A stretch of DNA of 64,000 nt. It comes from Pristiophorus japonicus. Its lineage: Eukaryota. The notes under the pieces are model-generated. The model had not been told where the DNA came from. It saw only the letters and a program-made list of their open reading frames with translations, and made no database searches. The stretch is taken from NCBI RefSeq assembly GCF_044704955.1, contig NC_092010.1, positions 39,308,001 to 39,372,000 of the forward strand. The letters are read 5' to 3'. Positions 12,650 through 24,599 of this stretch are shown here, piece by piece. The translations under genes were made by a program, and so were the position numbers. Within the stretch, counting starts at the first letter, position 1, and the number at the start of each line of letters is the position of its first letter.

Positions 12650-13910
12650 ATATCTGAACGGAGGTCAGAATTATCAGGAAAGACTTAACAGGCTGGAGTT
12701 CTTTTCTCAAAAAGAGAAAGAAAAGACAGGTGAGCTGATAGAGGTTTTAAAATGATGAAGGGGTTTGACAAGGTAGACGGAGAGAAGATGTTTCTACTTG
12801 TGGAAGAGTCCAAAATGAGGCGTTATAAATAATGTTCCCTCTAATTTTCTTTTGGGGTGCGTGGCCCATTCAAATTTCCGCATGCATGTTTTAGCCATTT
12901 AAAATCACCATAGACAGTCCCTCGAACGAGGATGACTTGCTTCCACATGAGTTCACTGATGTTTCAATGAAGGACCCGATATTGCAGGTCCTGAACTCGA
13001 GGAGTGGAAGATGCCCGTGTGTGGATTTTTTTTTTACGTGGGGTGACCATTGCACATCAGCCACCACACGGGCTTGACAGAGTTAGGTGTTGGTCCAGTG
13101 GCAAGGGTTGAACCAGGGCGACTGGAGACCGGCTCTGCTGCACGGACCTAGTGCGCACACATATCGCAGAGTGGGCTGGTCCGTGCTGCCCCTGGGCCCT
13201 CGGCTCTTCTGGGCCCCGTACCCTCATTCGCCGCACCTCCGCCACGATCTCCCACCGCACCTCCGCACAAAACATTCGCCGAACCTCCGCCACGATCGCC
13301 CACCGAATCTCAGCCACGATCCCTCAACGCTCCTCCGCCACGGCCTTCCCACTCCTCTGCTTTACCAGGGCCCCGCCGATGCTCCTGCCCACACTCCAAA
13401 CAGCGACTTGGGTCCTGATGACGTCACTCAGTCGCCCACCTCGAAGCCTTCGCACATCTGGAGCAGCTCGCACTGGATGTTGTAGTGGTACACCGCTCCA
13501 GCTCTATTGTAGCCGACCTGTGGAGCTGTTCTCCCTCAGGTCAGGGGGCCACGATGGTGGCCACCATTTAAAAACTGGTGAACCGGCTGCATGGGACCTC
13601 CTGACTGCTGCGCAGCTTAATGGGAACATTGCCCATCAGATAGTCGCTGATAAATCCAACAGGGAATTCAGGAGAAACTTCTTTACCCAGAGTGTGGCGA
13701 CAATGTGGAAATCACTACCACAGGGAGTGGTTGAGGTGACTAATATAAATGCATTTAAGGAGAAGCTCGATAAGCACGAGACAGAAATAGAAGGATATGT
13801 TGACAGTGTGAAATTAAGTAGGGGTGGGAAGAGGCTCGTGTGGAGCATTAACCCCCGCACAGATCAGTTGGAGCGAATGGCCTGTTTCTGTGCTGTAAAT
13901 TCTATGTAAT
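12650..13910 (+). mobile_element. CR1 3' fragment interrupted by a TIR element (12831-13631) that itself contains an RTE-tailed element (12908-13520)
   Basis: CR1 motifs (RRNFFTQ..WKSLPQ) resume after 13632; TIRs aatgttccctctaa / ttaatgggaacatt. Confidence 0.75.
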
Positions 13911-14349
13911 ATTATCTCTTTGCTGCACTTATATTAGCAAACTGCTTCCAGGGACAGCCACTCCCACATTAAACACATTTATCTTGCAGGGTAGTGTCTG
14001 TAGCAGCTGAATACACTTTCCCCAGTAACTGTATGGGCCAGCAATAGCAAAATTGGTCTTCAACCTCTAACCAACCCTCCAAGAGAAAACAGGCACCTTC
14101 TCATCTTCCTACACCAAACCTCTGACACATGCAAACATTGCTTTCAGTGGCACAACTGCTTTGTTACGATTCCGTTTGTTGCCAAGTCCAGCTGTGCTAT
14201 CAGCAGAAAATTAGGAACATAAACAGGCTTTTAATTAAACTGCCACTCGTGTTAAGAGTTGGGGCGCCCTGGTGGTTCAGTGCTTGGCGTAGGAGAGGAG
14301 AGGGGCATCACAGTCGAGTCTAATGGTAGAGGCAGAATCAGGCAATGTT

Positions 14350-16660
14350 CACTAACTTGTATTTATACAGTGCCTTTAACATAGTAAAACGTCCCAAGGT
14401 GCTTCACAGGAGTGTTATAAAACAAAGTTTGACACCGAGCCACATAAGGAGATATAGAAACATAGAAAATAGGTGCAGGAGCAGGCCATTCGGCCCTTCG
14501 AGCCTGCACCACCATTCAATATGATCATGACTGATCATGCAACTTCAGTACCCCATTCCTGCTTTCTCTCCATACCCCTTGATCCCTTTAGCCGTAAGGG
14601 CCACATCTAACTCCCTTTTGAATATATCGAACGAATTGGCCTCAACAACTTTCTGTGGTAGGGAATTCCACAGGTTCACAATTCTCTGAGTGAAGAAGTT
14701 TCTCCTCATCTCGGTCCTAAATGGCTTAGCCCTTTTATCCTTAGACCGTGACTTAGAATTTTATATGTTTTTATGAGATCCCCTCTCATTCTTCTAAATT
14801 CCAGTGAATAGAAGCCTAGTCAATCGAGTATTTCTTCATATATGTCAGTCCTGCCATCCCAGGAATCAGTCTGGTGAATTTCACTGCACTCCCTCAATAG
14901 CAAGAATGTCCTTCCTCAGATTAGGAGACCAAAACTGTACACAATATTCAAGGTGTGGTCTCACCAAGGCCCTGTGCAACTGCAGTAAGACCTCCCTGCT
15001 CCTATACTCAAATCCTCTCGCTATGAAGGCCAACATGCCATTTGCCTTCTTCACCGCCTGCTGTGCCTGCATGCCAACTTTCAATGACTGATGTACCATG
15101 ACACCCAGGTCTCGTTGCACCTCCCCTTTTCCTAATCTGTCACCATTCAGATAATATTCTGCCTTCCTGTTTTTTGTCACCAAAGTGGATAACTTCACAT
15201 TGATCCACATTATACTGCATCGGGCCATGCATTTGCCCACTCACCTAACCTGTCCAAGTCACCCTGCAGCCTCTTAGCATCCTCCTCACAGCTCACACTG
15301 CCACCCAGCTTAGTGTCATCTGCAAACTTGGAGATATTACATTCAATTCCTTCGTCTAAATCATTGATGCATTTGTAAATAGCTGGGGTCCCAGCACTGA
15401 TCCCTGCTGCACCCCATTCAGACAGATGACCAATAGCTTGGTCAAAGAGGTAGGTTTTAAGGAACATCTTAAAAGGAGAGAGGCGACGAGGTTTAGGCAG
15501 GGAGTTCCAGAGCTTGGGGTCCAAGCAGCTGAAGGCACGGCTGCCAATGGATGCTCAAGAGGCCAGAATTAGAGGAGCGAAGATATCTCACGGGGGGGGG
15601 GGGGGGGGGGGTTTGTGGGGCTGAATGAGTTTACAGAGATAGGGAGGGGGCGAGGCTGTGGAGACATTTGAAAACAAGGATGAGAATTTTTTTTTTAAAT
15701 CGAGGCATTGCTTAACCAGGAGCCAACATAGGTCAGCGAGCACAGGGATGATGCATGAGCGGGAGTTGGTACGGTTAGGACATGGGGGCAGCAGAACTTT
15801 GGATAACGTCAAGTTTAGGTAGTGTAGAATGTGGGAGGCCAGCCAGGATTACTTTGGAATAGTCAAGTCTAGAAGTTGCAAATGGACCGATTCAGCCCAG
15901 GAATCGCCGGGGAGTGGAGATGGCGTCAATGGCAAACGAGTAGAGTGTGTGGCAGAGGCCAAAGAAGGTGGCTGCGGTCTCCGCAATGTCGAGCTGGAAG
16001 AATTTGTGGCTCATCCGAGACGTGATGTCCGACAAGCACCGACAGCAGAGAGTCAGTCGAGGAGTAAAGAGGTAGAAGCTGGGAGTCATCAGCACATACG
16101 GGAAAGCTGAACTCGTGTACAGATGATGACACAAAGGGACAGCATGTAAACAAGGAAGAGGCCAAGGATAGATCCTCAAGATAACGGTGTGACGACTGGA
16201 AGAGACACCACTGTTGGGAATGCACTGGCTCCACGAGAACAGATAGGAATGGAACCACGCAAGGGCGGTCCCATGGAGCTGGACAGAGGAAAGTGCTGGA
16301 GTGGTTAACTATATCAAGCTTTGCTGAAACGATAAGGAGGGATAAGGCATGATGGTCATGGAGGATATAATTTGTGACTTTGACTAGGGTGGTTTTGGTG
16401 CCGTGAGGTGGGTGAAATCCAGACTGGATATGTTCCAACAGTGCTACAGAAGAGATGGACACAGAGCTGAGAGGTTGGGACATGTTTGAGGAGCTGGAAT
16501 AGGAAAGAGATGTTGGAGATGGGACAGTAGTTGGAGAAGACAGATGGGCAAGCGTGTTTTTTTTGAAGAGCGAGGTGGCTGTTGAACTTGAAGGGAGAGG
16601 GATAGAGTCTGAGGAAAAGGAGCCATTGATTTGGTTAGCCAGCATGGAGGCAGAATGAGC
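14350..16660 (-). mobile_element. L2 LINE fragment (RT remnant QSGFHPPHGTKTTLVKV ... ADDSQL) split by a CR1 insertion
   Basis: L2 tail 14350-14455 continues at 15420; RT motifs in ORF 15926-16645. Confidence 0.75.
14456..15415 (-). mobile_element. Young CR1 LINE 3' fragment
   Basis: ORFs GVQQGSVLGP, SKFADDTKL, RPHLEYCVQFWSP; (tttctatg) tail. Confidence 0.92.
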
Positions 16661-17456
16661 AATTGAGTGGGGAGGGGAAAAAAAATCAAGGATTATTTCC
16701 CATCATTTTGTAGATGCATTAACAGATCAAATATGGAATCAAACACCAGTAAAATACAGAAACATAATTAAGTAAATGTTACATCTTTAAAAAAAAAAGG
16801 GATTATGTACAGTAACCTTCACCTCAAATAAATCACTGGCACAAGCAAGCTTCAACTGTATAACTCATCCAGATCGCACCTCACATACATAGCGCTATTT
16901 ATTCAATCTCATAAGCAAACCCAGTCACCTGTTCACACATAATCACAATGTGACTCAGTTTCCTCCAAAAATCACATGCTCATCTGCCAAGTACAAAATT
17001 GAGCTCCAGACAATGTACCGTGTTTTTATAAAGCTGCAAAACACTTGCGAGGTCAGAACAGTCAAACTGTAAATGCTCAAAAAAAACTGGATTCAAAGGT
17101 GATCAGATATAGGGGAAAAGGAATGACAAGGTCTTATACAATTTGGCATGTATGAGTCAAACACACATCAGAAAATTAAAATGAGCCACTAGAATTGCAC
17201 TGTGGTTCCATGACATCAATAATCACAATAAAAAGCAATAGCTTTAAATCATTGTTAAAAAAATTAATGGTTGGAGTACATCCCCCTACCCCAGCCACCA
17301 AATAAGGGCTTTTTGTTAACAACCCAATTGTTTTAAATTATTTCATGATCAACCAGAAGTGATTGATGCCCTTCTACCCCCTTATAGTGGAGGGTTGATC
17401 TATTCAGGCACAATGTAACCATGACACCGATCAGCCTCAGAAGCACCTTTTCCCAC

Positions 17457-17605
17457 CTCATCACTCGCCAACATCAGGAAAACTTATTAAAATGGCACCA
17501 GAGGCTGGAGACATTAATATTCTTCGCGAACTACCAGACTGGCGATAATTAAAATCCCTCCACATCACATTCGGTGACTGAAGTGAAGCGCGGGGAGTTG
17601 CTGCT
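17457..17605 (-). other. RNF41: Candidate internal 5'-UTR exon of RNF41 (149 nt) containing uORFs
   Basis: Unique non-repeat sequence; minus-strand branch-like ggttaac, pyrimidine tract cttttcctctgtccttgcccaag acceptor and GAG|gtggga donor; splicing is inferred. Confidence 0.5.
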
Positions 17606-18149
17606 CTTGGGCAAGGACAGAGGAAAAGCTGCTCTGTACAGTTAACCATCAAGGGCTCGATTGACAGAGAAGGAGACAGGAACGCCGGACTCTTCATCAT
17701 TAGGGGGAGGGGGGAGAAGACAGATACAAAGAGCCTGTATATTTAACAGTTGAATTATCAGGGGATAGACAGAGCAAACCTGCACTCTTTATTTCAGTCA
17801 AACGACTTCCCGCTACCCCATCCTGTTACAGCTCGAGAGTCACACCGCATTTGATTTTCACGCCCAGCTCCATTTTAAAAAAAAAACGACTTTATTACTA
17901 GGCCCGATTTTAGACCGCGGTCTTGCCTGCTGCCCGCGGCGGGAACTGCGCATCCCTGGACCGTCGACTGACATCCCGTAGGTGGGTCAGAAGAACTTCA
18001 TTCCAGGCACCCCACTGATTTAATCGGCATAACTGACCAGAAATCCATCAGCAGGCAGACAGCCGCAGACCCAGATCGCATGAGTAATGTTTTAATTTTA
18101 TTTTCAGATTTTCCTAAATCTCGCACCACCACCTTTCAACGTCATCGTT

Positions 18150-18720
18150 GGGCTCCAGCCTTTAAACGGGTAAAAACCTGGGCCCGGCCCTCAGAACCAG
18201 CGCCTTTGATTGATATTCGGTCCCATCAACCCCGACCCTGCGATTTGAGCGATATCTCGGTTGACCAATGCGTGTTGAGAAAATGGCCGCTGATCCCGCC
18301 CCGTGGCAAGTCAATTCGCAAAACCAATTCGCGGAGCCGCCAATAAATGACTGGCAGCCCCGGCGACCATTTGCAATTAAGTATCCGCCCAGCCTGTAAG
18401 TGATTGACATCTCATTTGAACCAACTGCAAGAACGCTCACGTTGAGGAGCCAATCGCAGGCAGGTGGTGGCGGGGTATAGGTACGAAACCAAGGCGAAGA
18501 GCGGATTTCTATGGGAACCCGCTGGTGACGTGTCATGAATGACAGCTCACTCAGCCACTCGTGAGGCGAACAAGAATGAATGACCGCCACTCAGCGGCGG
18601 GTCACGTGGTATCAGAACCGTCCAGTTTCACTCATGGAGTTTCAGTTCATTTGCGGTGGCGGAATAAGGTCCCAATATGTACCAATATTGCAGACAACGC
18701 CACAATAAGCCGCTCCGCAT
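18150..18720. promoter_or_regulatory. CpG-enriched promoter-like element (possible alternative RNF41 promoter)
   Basis: CCAAT at 18265, 18324, 18340, 18450 (agccaatcg); YY1-like aaaatggccgc at 18280; TGACG at 18526; E-box gtcacgtgg at 18601. Confidence 0.6.
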
Positions 18721-19493
18721 AAAAAGTATCCCATTTCTGATTGTCGACACAATATCACAAACAGGACGTGGCACGACATGATGCAATGACATGTTATGAT
18801 GTGAATTATATTTTTTATGTCTGAATAATTGGCAAGCAAATCAAAACTATTTGTTTAGGACTCATAGATAAACATCGTGTCCATTTAAGGGGTATTGTTT
18901 AACCCCAATAAATTCCTACCTTTTTACCCTCGTCCATGCTTTTGTTACCTCCAGAGTCGACCACTCCAATGCCCTGAAATAAAAATAGAAACATAGAAAA
19001 TAGGTGCAGGAGTAGGCCATTTGGCCCTTCGAGCCTGCACCGCCATTCAATATGATCATGGCTGGGATGTTAAGAAATATTTCAAACTTAGTAATGGACT
19101 CCAATGGTGTGTAAATATGTCTCTGGGTCCAAATCCAGATCTACATCACATAAGTTTTGACATTTAATGAAATACATTCTGTCTTCTTACATGTTCTACA
19201 TTATACAACACTGAAAAGCAAGACAATCACTAGCTTAAGTATTGCATTTTGTTTAAGAAACACAATACTAGCTCTCCCAATTGGAAACTTAGTTGATCGG
19301 GAGTAAATGAATAACAATTACATGGAATTTTACAGCACAGAAAAAGGCCATTCATCCCAACTAGTCCGTGCGATGTCTATGCTCCACATGAGCCTCCTCC
19401 CACCTTACTTCATCACACCCTATCCTTCAATTCCTTTCTCTAGCATGTACTTTTCTAGCTTCCCCTTAAATGCATCTATGTTATTTGCCTTAA

Positions 19494-19507
19494 CTGTGTC
19501 AGCCATT

Positions 19508-19538
<31 letters not shown>

Positions 19539-19870
19539 TCTGACACTCCAGTGCAGTACTTAGAAAGCGCTGCACTGTCTGAGGTGCCGTCTTTCAGAGG
19601 AGATGTTAAACCAAGGCCTCGTCTGCTCTCGCAGGTGGACGTAAAAGATCCCATGGCACTCTTTCGGAGAAGAGCCAGGAGTCCTGGCTAATATTCATCC
19701 CTCAATCAACATCACTCAAAAAAACAGATTATCTGGTCATTATCGTATTGCTGTTTGTGGGAGCTTGCTGTGCGCAAATTGGCTGTCGCGTTGCCTACAT
19801 TACAACAGCGCTCTGAGACATCCTGAGGTTGTGAAAGGTGCTATATAAATGCAAGTCTTTCTTTCTTTCA
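19494..19870 (+). mobile_element. DeuSINE (SacSINE1-like), internally deleted
   Basis: Head, Deu core and tail as in other copies. Confidence 0.85.
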
Positions 19871-20471
19871 ACCACTCCATTTGACAGCGAGCTCCACGTT
19901 CTCAGCATTCTCCTGAACTCCTTACTGGATTTATTAGTGATTGGACTTCCCTACAAGTGGAAACATCTTCTCTACATCTACCCATTAATAATTTTAAAGA
20001 CCTCTATCAGGTCACCTGACTTCTCTGTTCCAGAGAAAAGAACCCATTTGCTGGTGCCCTTCCCCAAATCCCCCATTTACTGGTGCCCTTTTACCAGCCA
20101 GGAGAAGGGGAGGGCCCAGGTTTCCTTGCGGGGCCTGGAGGAGCACTTTTCTGGCCTCAGCTCTTGATCCAGGCAGGTTTAGCTTGGCGGGGAAGCCACT
20201 CAGTCCTCACGTTAAAATGGGAGATCGGACTCCAATGACATCATCGGAGCCCAATCTGCATATTCAAAGAGCACCCCGTTGGCTTAGAGCAGGTCTCCTT
20301 GTCACCTGCAATTTAAAATTGCAATCGTGCAGATTGGGGCTAAAGTCATTCAAATCCATCCCAGGGATTCAGGCACACAAGTTTTTAAAAGTGGGAGGGC
20401 ATGTTGATAAAGTTGTAAATAAAAGACGTATGGGATCCTAGTTTTGTAAATACGGGCACTTAGTGCAAAGT

Positions 20472-20576
20472 CATCATAGGCAGTCCCTCGAAATCGAGGA
20501 AGACTTGCTTTCACTCAGGTGACTGTACAGTCCAATACGGGAATTACAGTCTCTGTCACAGGTGGGGACAGACAGT
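20472..20576 (-). mobile_element. RTE LINE 3' end abutting the Gypsy 5' LTR
   Basis: catcataggcagtccctcgaaatcgagg...ctgtcacaggtggggacagacag. Confidence 0.85.
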
Positions 20577-23570
20577 TGTAATATATATAGCTTTGCAGCC
20601 ATTGCTGTTTACAACAATAAAGAGGGAACAAGTCATGTGACTGGCTTCCTGAAGTTATCAGCCATCTTAGAGGTTGCGTGTTTGTGAGGTCGTACCGAAA
20701 ACATAACATTGGTGACGAAGGATAGGATAATCGGATAACCAAGCTGAAATTTTGTTTGGTGGATGATTCGGCCAACCGACAGAGAGAATTTGAGAGCTTC
20801 GCTGTTTTGATTAACAGCTACAAATCCAAGGTAAATTGCAAGTACACTTGGCTGAACTGCCAGAATCCAGATGGCCGCGCCTATGGGAAGAATAGAACGC
20901 TTGGGGGAGTTTCAATGCGACCGTGAAAGTTTTGGAGCATATGTGGAGTGGCTAGAAATGTTTCTCACCGCAAATAGTATCATCGAAGTCCCCGATGATG
21001 AAAATCGTAACCGGGTGGTGTTGGAAAGACATCGGGCGATTTTCTTAACTGAAGCAGGGCCCGAGGAGAATGAAACCCTGAAAAATTTGCTTGTGCCTAT
21101 CAAGCCAAAGAACACGTCATTTAAGCAGATTGCACTACAGTCCTGGTGCCCCTGGAAATTGCTGAAAGTTATTGTTTCGGAATACGAGATCAGTTAACCG
21201 ATGAAAGTATCAGTGAGTACATTGTAGCATTAAAAAAGCTATCTATGCACCATAATTTCGGAAACTTTCAGGACCAAACATTGCGTGACCGCTTTGTTTG
21301 TGGGATGAAAAATGATGCGATCAGAAGAAAGTTATTGACAACTCCTAACTTGACTTTTCATTTAGCTTGTCAGACAGCTATGTCATGGCCGATCAATATT
21401 CCCGAGAATTTCGTACCATTTCCAGTCATCAGGCAACCGAGGTGAATCGCCTGCAGGTTAAAAGTAAAAGGCAGTTGGGCTCCAAGGTTTCAGCAACTGG
21501 CAAGGGTAACAGAGCATTGAAGTCGTGCTATCGGTGCCTGGGACAACACAGTGCTCAAAGTTGGCCATATGTGAAGGCAGAGTGTTCCTTCTGCAGGAAA
21601 ACTGGGCATCTTGCGAAGGCATGCCGACTGAAGAGTAAACCAACTTTCAAAGCTTTAAGTAGAAATCCCCAGAGACTACATAGCATGCAAGAACAACAAC
21701 AGGACGAGGAGATTTTAGAGCTACACATCATCAGGAGCACGAGGATAACTAACAGCGATTCATCCAGTATCATCATCCACGTAGATGTTGCAGGAACCAA
21801 GATACCCATGGAAATCGACACTGGTGCATCCGTGTGTGTAGTACCGGAGTCGCTATACCTCAACAAATTGCAGGATTTCCCATTGGAGAAATCCAAGATA
21901 GAGCTGCGAGGCTACTCGGGAGAGAACATTCCGGTGGTAGGTCGTATCACCGTACCGGTGAAATACAAGGATCAATTTCAGAGCTTGCCTCTCTTAGTAG
22001 TGGCAGGAGACAAGCCTGCCTTACTAGGAAGAAATTGGTTGGGATCACTGAAGCTGGATTGGAGTGAGATTTTTCGCGTTGAAACGAGATTTACATCAAA
22101 GGATGATGTCATCAAACAGTATCCGAAGGTGTTTTGCGAAACGGGCAGTCCGATCCAAGGCTTCAAGGCGAGTGTCAGGGTACAGAAGGACGCTAGACCA
22201 GTTTACTGCAAGCCACGTTCTGTACCATATGCACTCAAGGAGAAAGTTGAGCAAGAAATCAAAAGACTAGAGACTGAGAACATTATCTCTAAGATAGATC
22301 TATGTAATTGGGCTACACCCATTGTTGTTGTACCTAAGTCCGATGGTAAGGTAAGGTTGTGTGGTGATTATAAAGTATCCGTAAACCAGGTTCTAGAGGG
22401 TAATGTCCCCAATACATTGCCAAATGTAGAAGATTTGGTCACAATACTGACAGGTGGTCAGATCTTCTCAAAGTTGGATCTTACAAATGCCTACTTACAA
22501 CTTGAACTAGATGAAGAGTCCAAGTCATGCTTGACTATAAATACTCATCTTGGCCTATATCAATTTAATAGGCTACCGTTTGGAGTGTCTTCCTCCCCCG
22601 CCATATTCTTAGATGACATACTAATTTCAGCACCAAACAGGCAAATTCATAATAACATATTGAATGAAGTCCTCAAACGGCTAGAGAAGCACAGAGTACA
22701 AGTGACTGCTCACAAGTGTAAGTTATTTCAAAACTCAGTGGAGTACTTAGGGTACAGAGTAGACAAAGATGGTTTACATCCAACCAAGAGAAAGCTGGAT
22801 GCAATCAGAAATGCACCCACTCCCAAGAATGTCACTGAATTTTGATCATTTCTGGGTCTTTTGAACTATTATGGGAAGTTGCTACCAAATTTGGCTACAG
22901 TATTACATCCACTGAATGAACTTTTGAAAAAACAGGTCCATTGGAAGTGGTCAAAAGAATGCGACAGGGCATTCAAGGAGTGTAAAAGCCAATTGGTAGA
23001 GAGCACCATGTTAGTTCACTATGACGTATCTAAGGAGATCAAGCTAGCATGTGACGCCTCTCCCTATGGAGTTGGGGCAGTGATCTCTCATGTACTACAT
23101 AGTGGGAAGGAGAGACCAATTGCTTTTGCTTCACGCACTCTCAGTGCCAGTGAGAGTAATTATGCGCAAATTGAAAGGGAGCTTTGGCATTCATTTTTGG
23201 GGTCAAGAAGTTCCACAAATACTTGTATGGACGTAAGTTTACCATCGTTATGGACCATAAGCCCCTAACAGCAATCCTCCATCCAAAGTTCCCAGTTCCA
23301 ACATTAGCTGCAGCCCGAATGCAGAGATGGGCTTTGATTTTGTCAGCATATATGTATGATATTGAATACAGACGATCAGCTGATCACAGTAATGCTGATG
23401 CTATGTCTAGATTGCCTTCCCCATCACAAGTTACACCCGATAGCGAAGAAGTGTTCTATTTTTCATACATTGATGAACTGCCAGTCACAGCTGAAGAGAT
23501 TGGTAGAGAAACCAAATGTGACCCAGTTATGCCAAAGGTGTATGATTACATCGCAAATGGATGGCCAAAC
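20577..23570 (+). mobile_element. Defective Ty3/Gypsy (Mag-like) LTR retrotransposon: short 5' LTR (20577-20708), PBS, gag-PR-RT-RH; integrase and 3' LTR missing
   Basis: TG...CA LTR with AATAAA; PBS tggtgacgaaggatagga resembling the complement of the tRNA-Ser(GCU) 3' end; two Zn knuckles, protease IDTGAS, RT LDLTNAY/RLPFG/LDDILI, RNase H ACDAS...YAQIERE. Confidence 0.93.
20871..23570 (+). pseudogene. Gypsy gag-pol pseudogene (frameshifts, stop at 22843-22845, in-frame RT deletion)
   Basis: Broken across ORFs 20871-21197, 21146-21445, 21367-22845, 22861-23268 and 23184-23576. Confidence 0.92.
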
Positions 23571-24560
23571 CTGTAGTTGTCACGCTGCAAAAATCATGTC
23601 CGTTATGCCCCGTAGGGGACGAAATCCGCACTGTGACTCTGGGAGGAGCTCCTCAGCCACAGGGAAAAGATGGTTGAGGAGGATTCTAGTGACAACTTTC
23701 CCAGTGGCTAACTAACCCAGTGGCGATTCCTCTGTAATTGCCGCAGTCAGACTTGTCCCCTTTTTTAAAGATGGTCACGATTACTGCATCTCTGAGATCT
23801 TCCGGCATGCTCTCCTCCTTCCACATGAGAGACATGAGGTCATGCATTCGTGCCAATAGTGCCTCTCCGCCATACTTTAGTGCCTCAGCGGGGATTCCAA
23901 CCGCTCCCGTTGCCTTGTTGTTCTTGAGCTGGCGGATGGCCTTTTCTACCTCGTACAGGGCTGGAGTTTTGCTGAGATGGGGGCGGGTAGCATGCTGCAG
24001 GATGGAGTCGAGGACACTCGAGTCAAAGGCAGAGCTTCGAAGTGCTCCTTCCAGCGGGTCCTTGATGAGTGTTTCCCCGTTCTTGGCCAGCAGTGGGGTG
24101 TGGCCTTGGATGCTTGGGCCGTAGGTGGCCTTGACTGCGGTGAAGAATCCTCGCACATCATGGCTGTCGGCCAGCTGCTGTATCTCCTGTGCTTTCTCCA
24201 CCCACCATCTATTCTTTAGGTCACGGGATTTTTGTTGAACCTCGGCCTGAAGCCGTCTGTAAAGCTGCTTTGCTGCTCCCGAGTTGTTTTAGGTTCAGAA
24301 ATGCCCTGTGCTTGCGATATATTAGCTCGTGGATCTCCTGGTCATTCTCATCAAACCAGTCCTGGTGTTTCCTGGTTGAGTGACCGAGCGTCTCTTCGCA
24401 GGCACTGGTTATGGAGCCCTGGAGGGCAGACCAAGCGCTGTGGACCTTCTGTGTCTCAGGGTCATCAAGGGACGCCAGGTTAGCAGTGAGGCGCTGGCTG
24501 TATCGGGCTCTCTTAGCTGGGTCTTTGAGTGCCCCGGCATTGATTTTTCTGCGGCACTGC
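23571..24560 (-). mobile_element. RTE LINE internal fragment (post-endonuclease linker and start of RT)
   Basis: RKHQDWFDEND, KATGAVGIPAE, DAVIVTIFKKGDKSDCGNYRGI, LPESQCGFR. Confidence 0.9.
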
Positions 24561-24599
24561 GGCAGTACAAAGTAAGCAGTAATGCTAAAGGTACAAATC

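Noticed and set aside
13151-13909. 252-aa ORF
   Set aside because: Chimeric read-through across three nested repeats
21367-22845. Domesticated Gypsy-derived gene
   Set aside because: Flanking frameshifts and stop, degenerate first Zn knuckle, deletion at the RT active site, retained LTR and PBS
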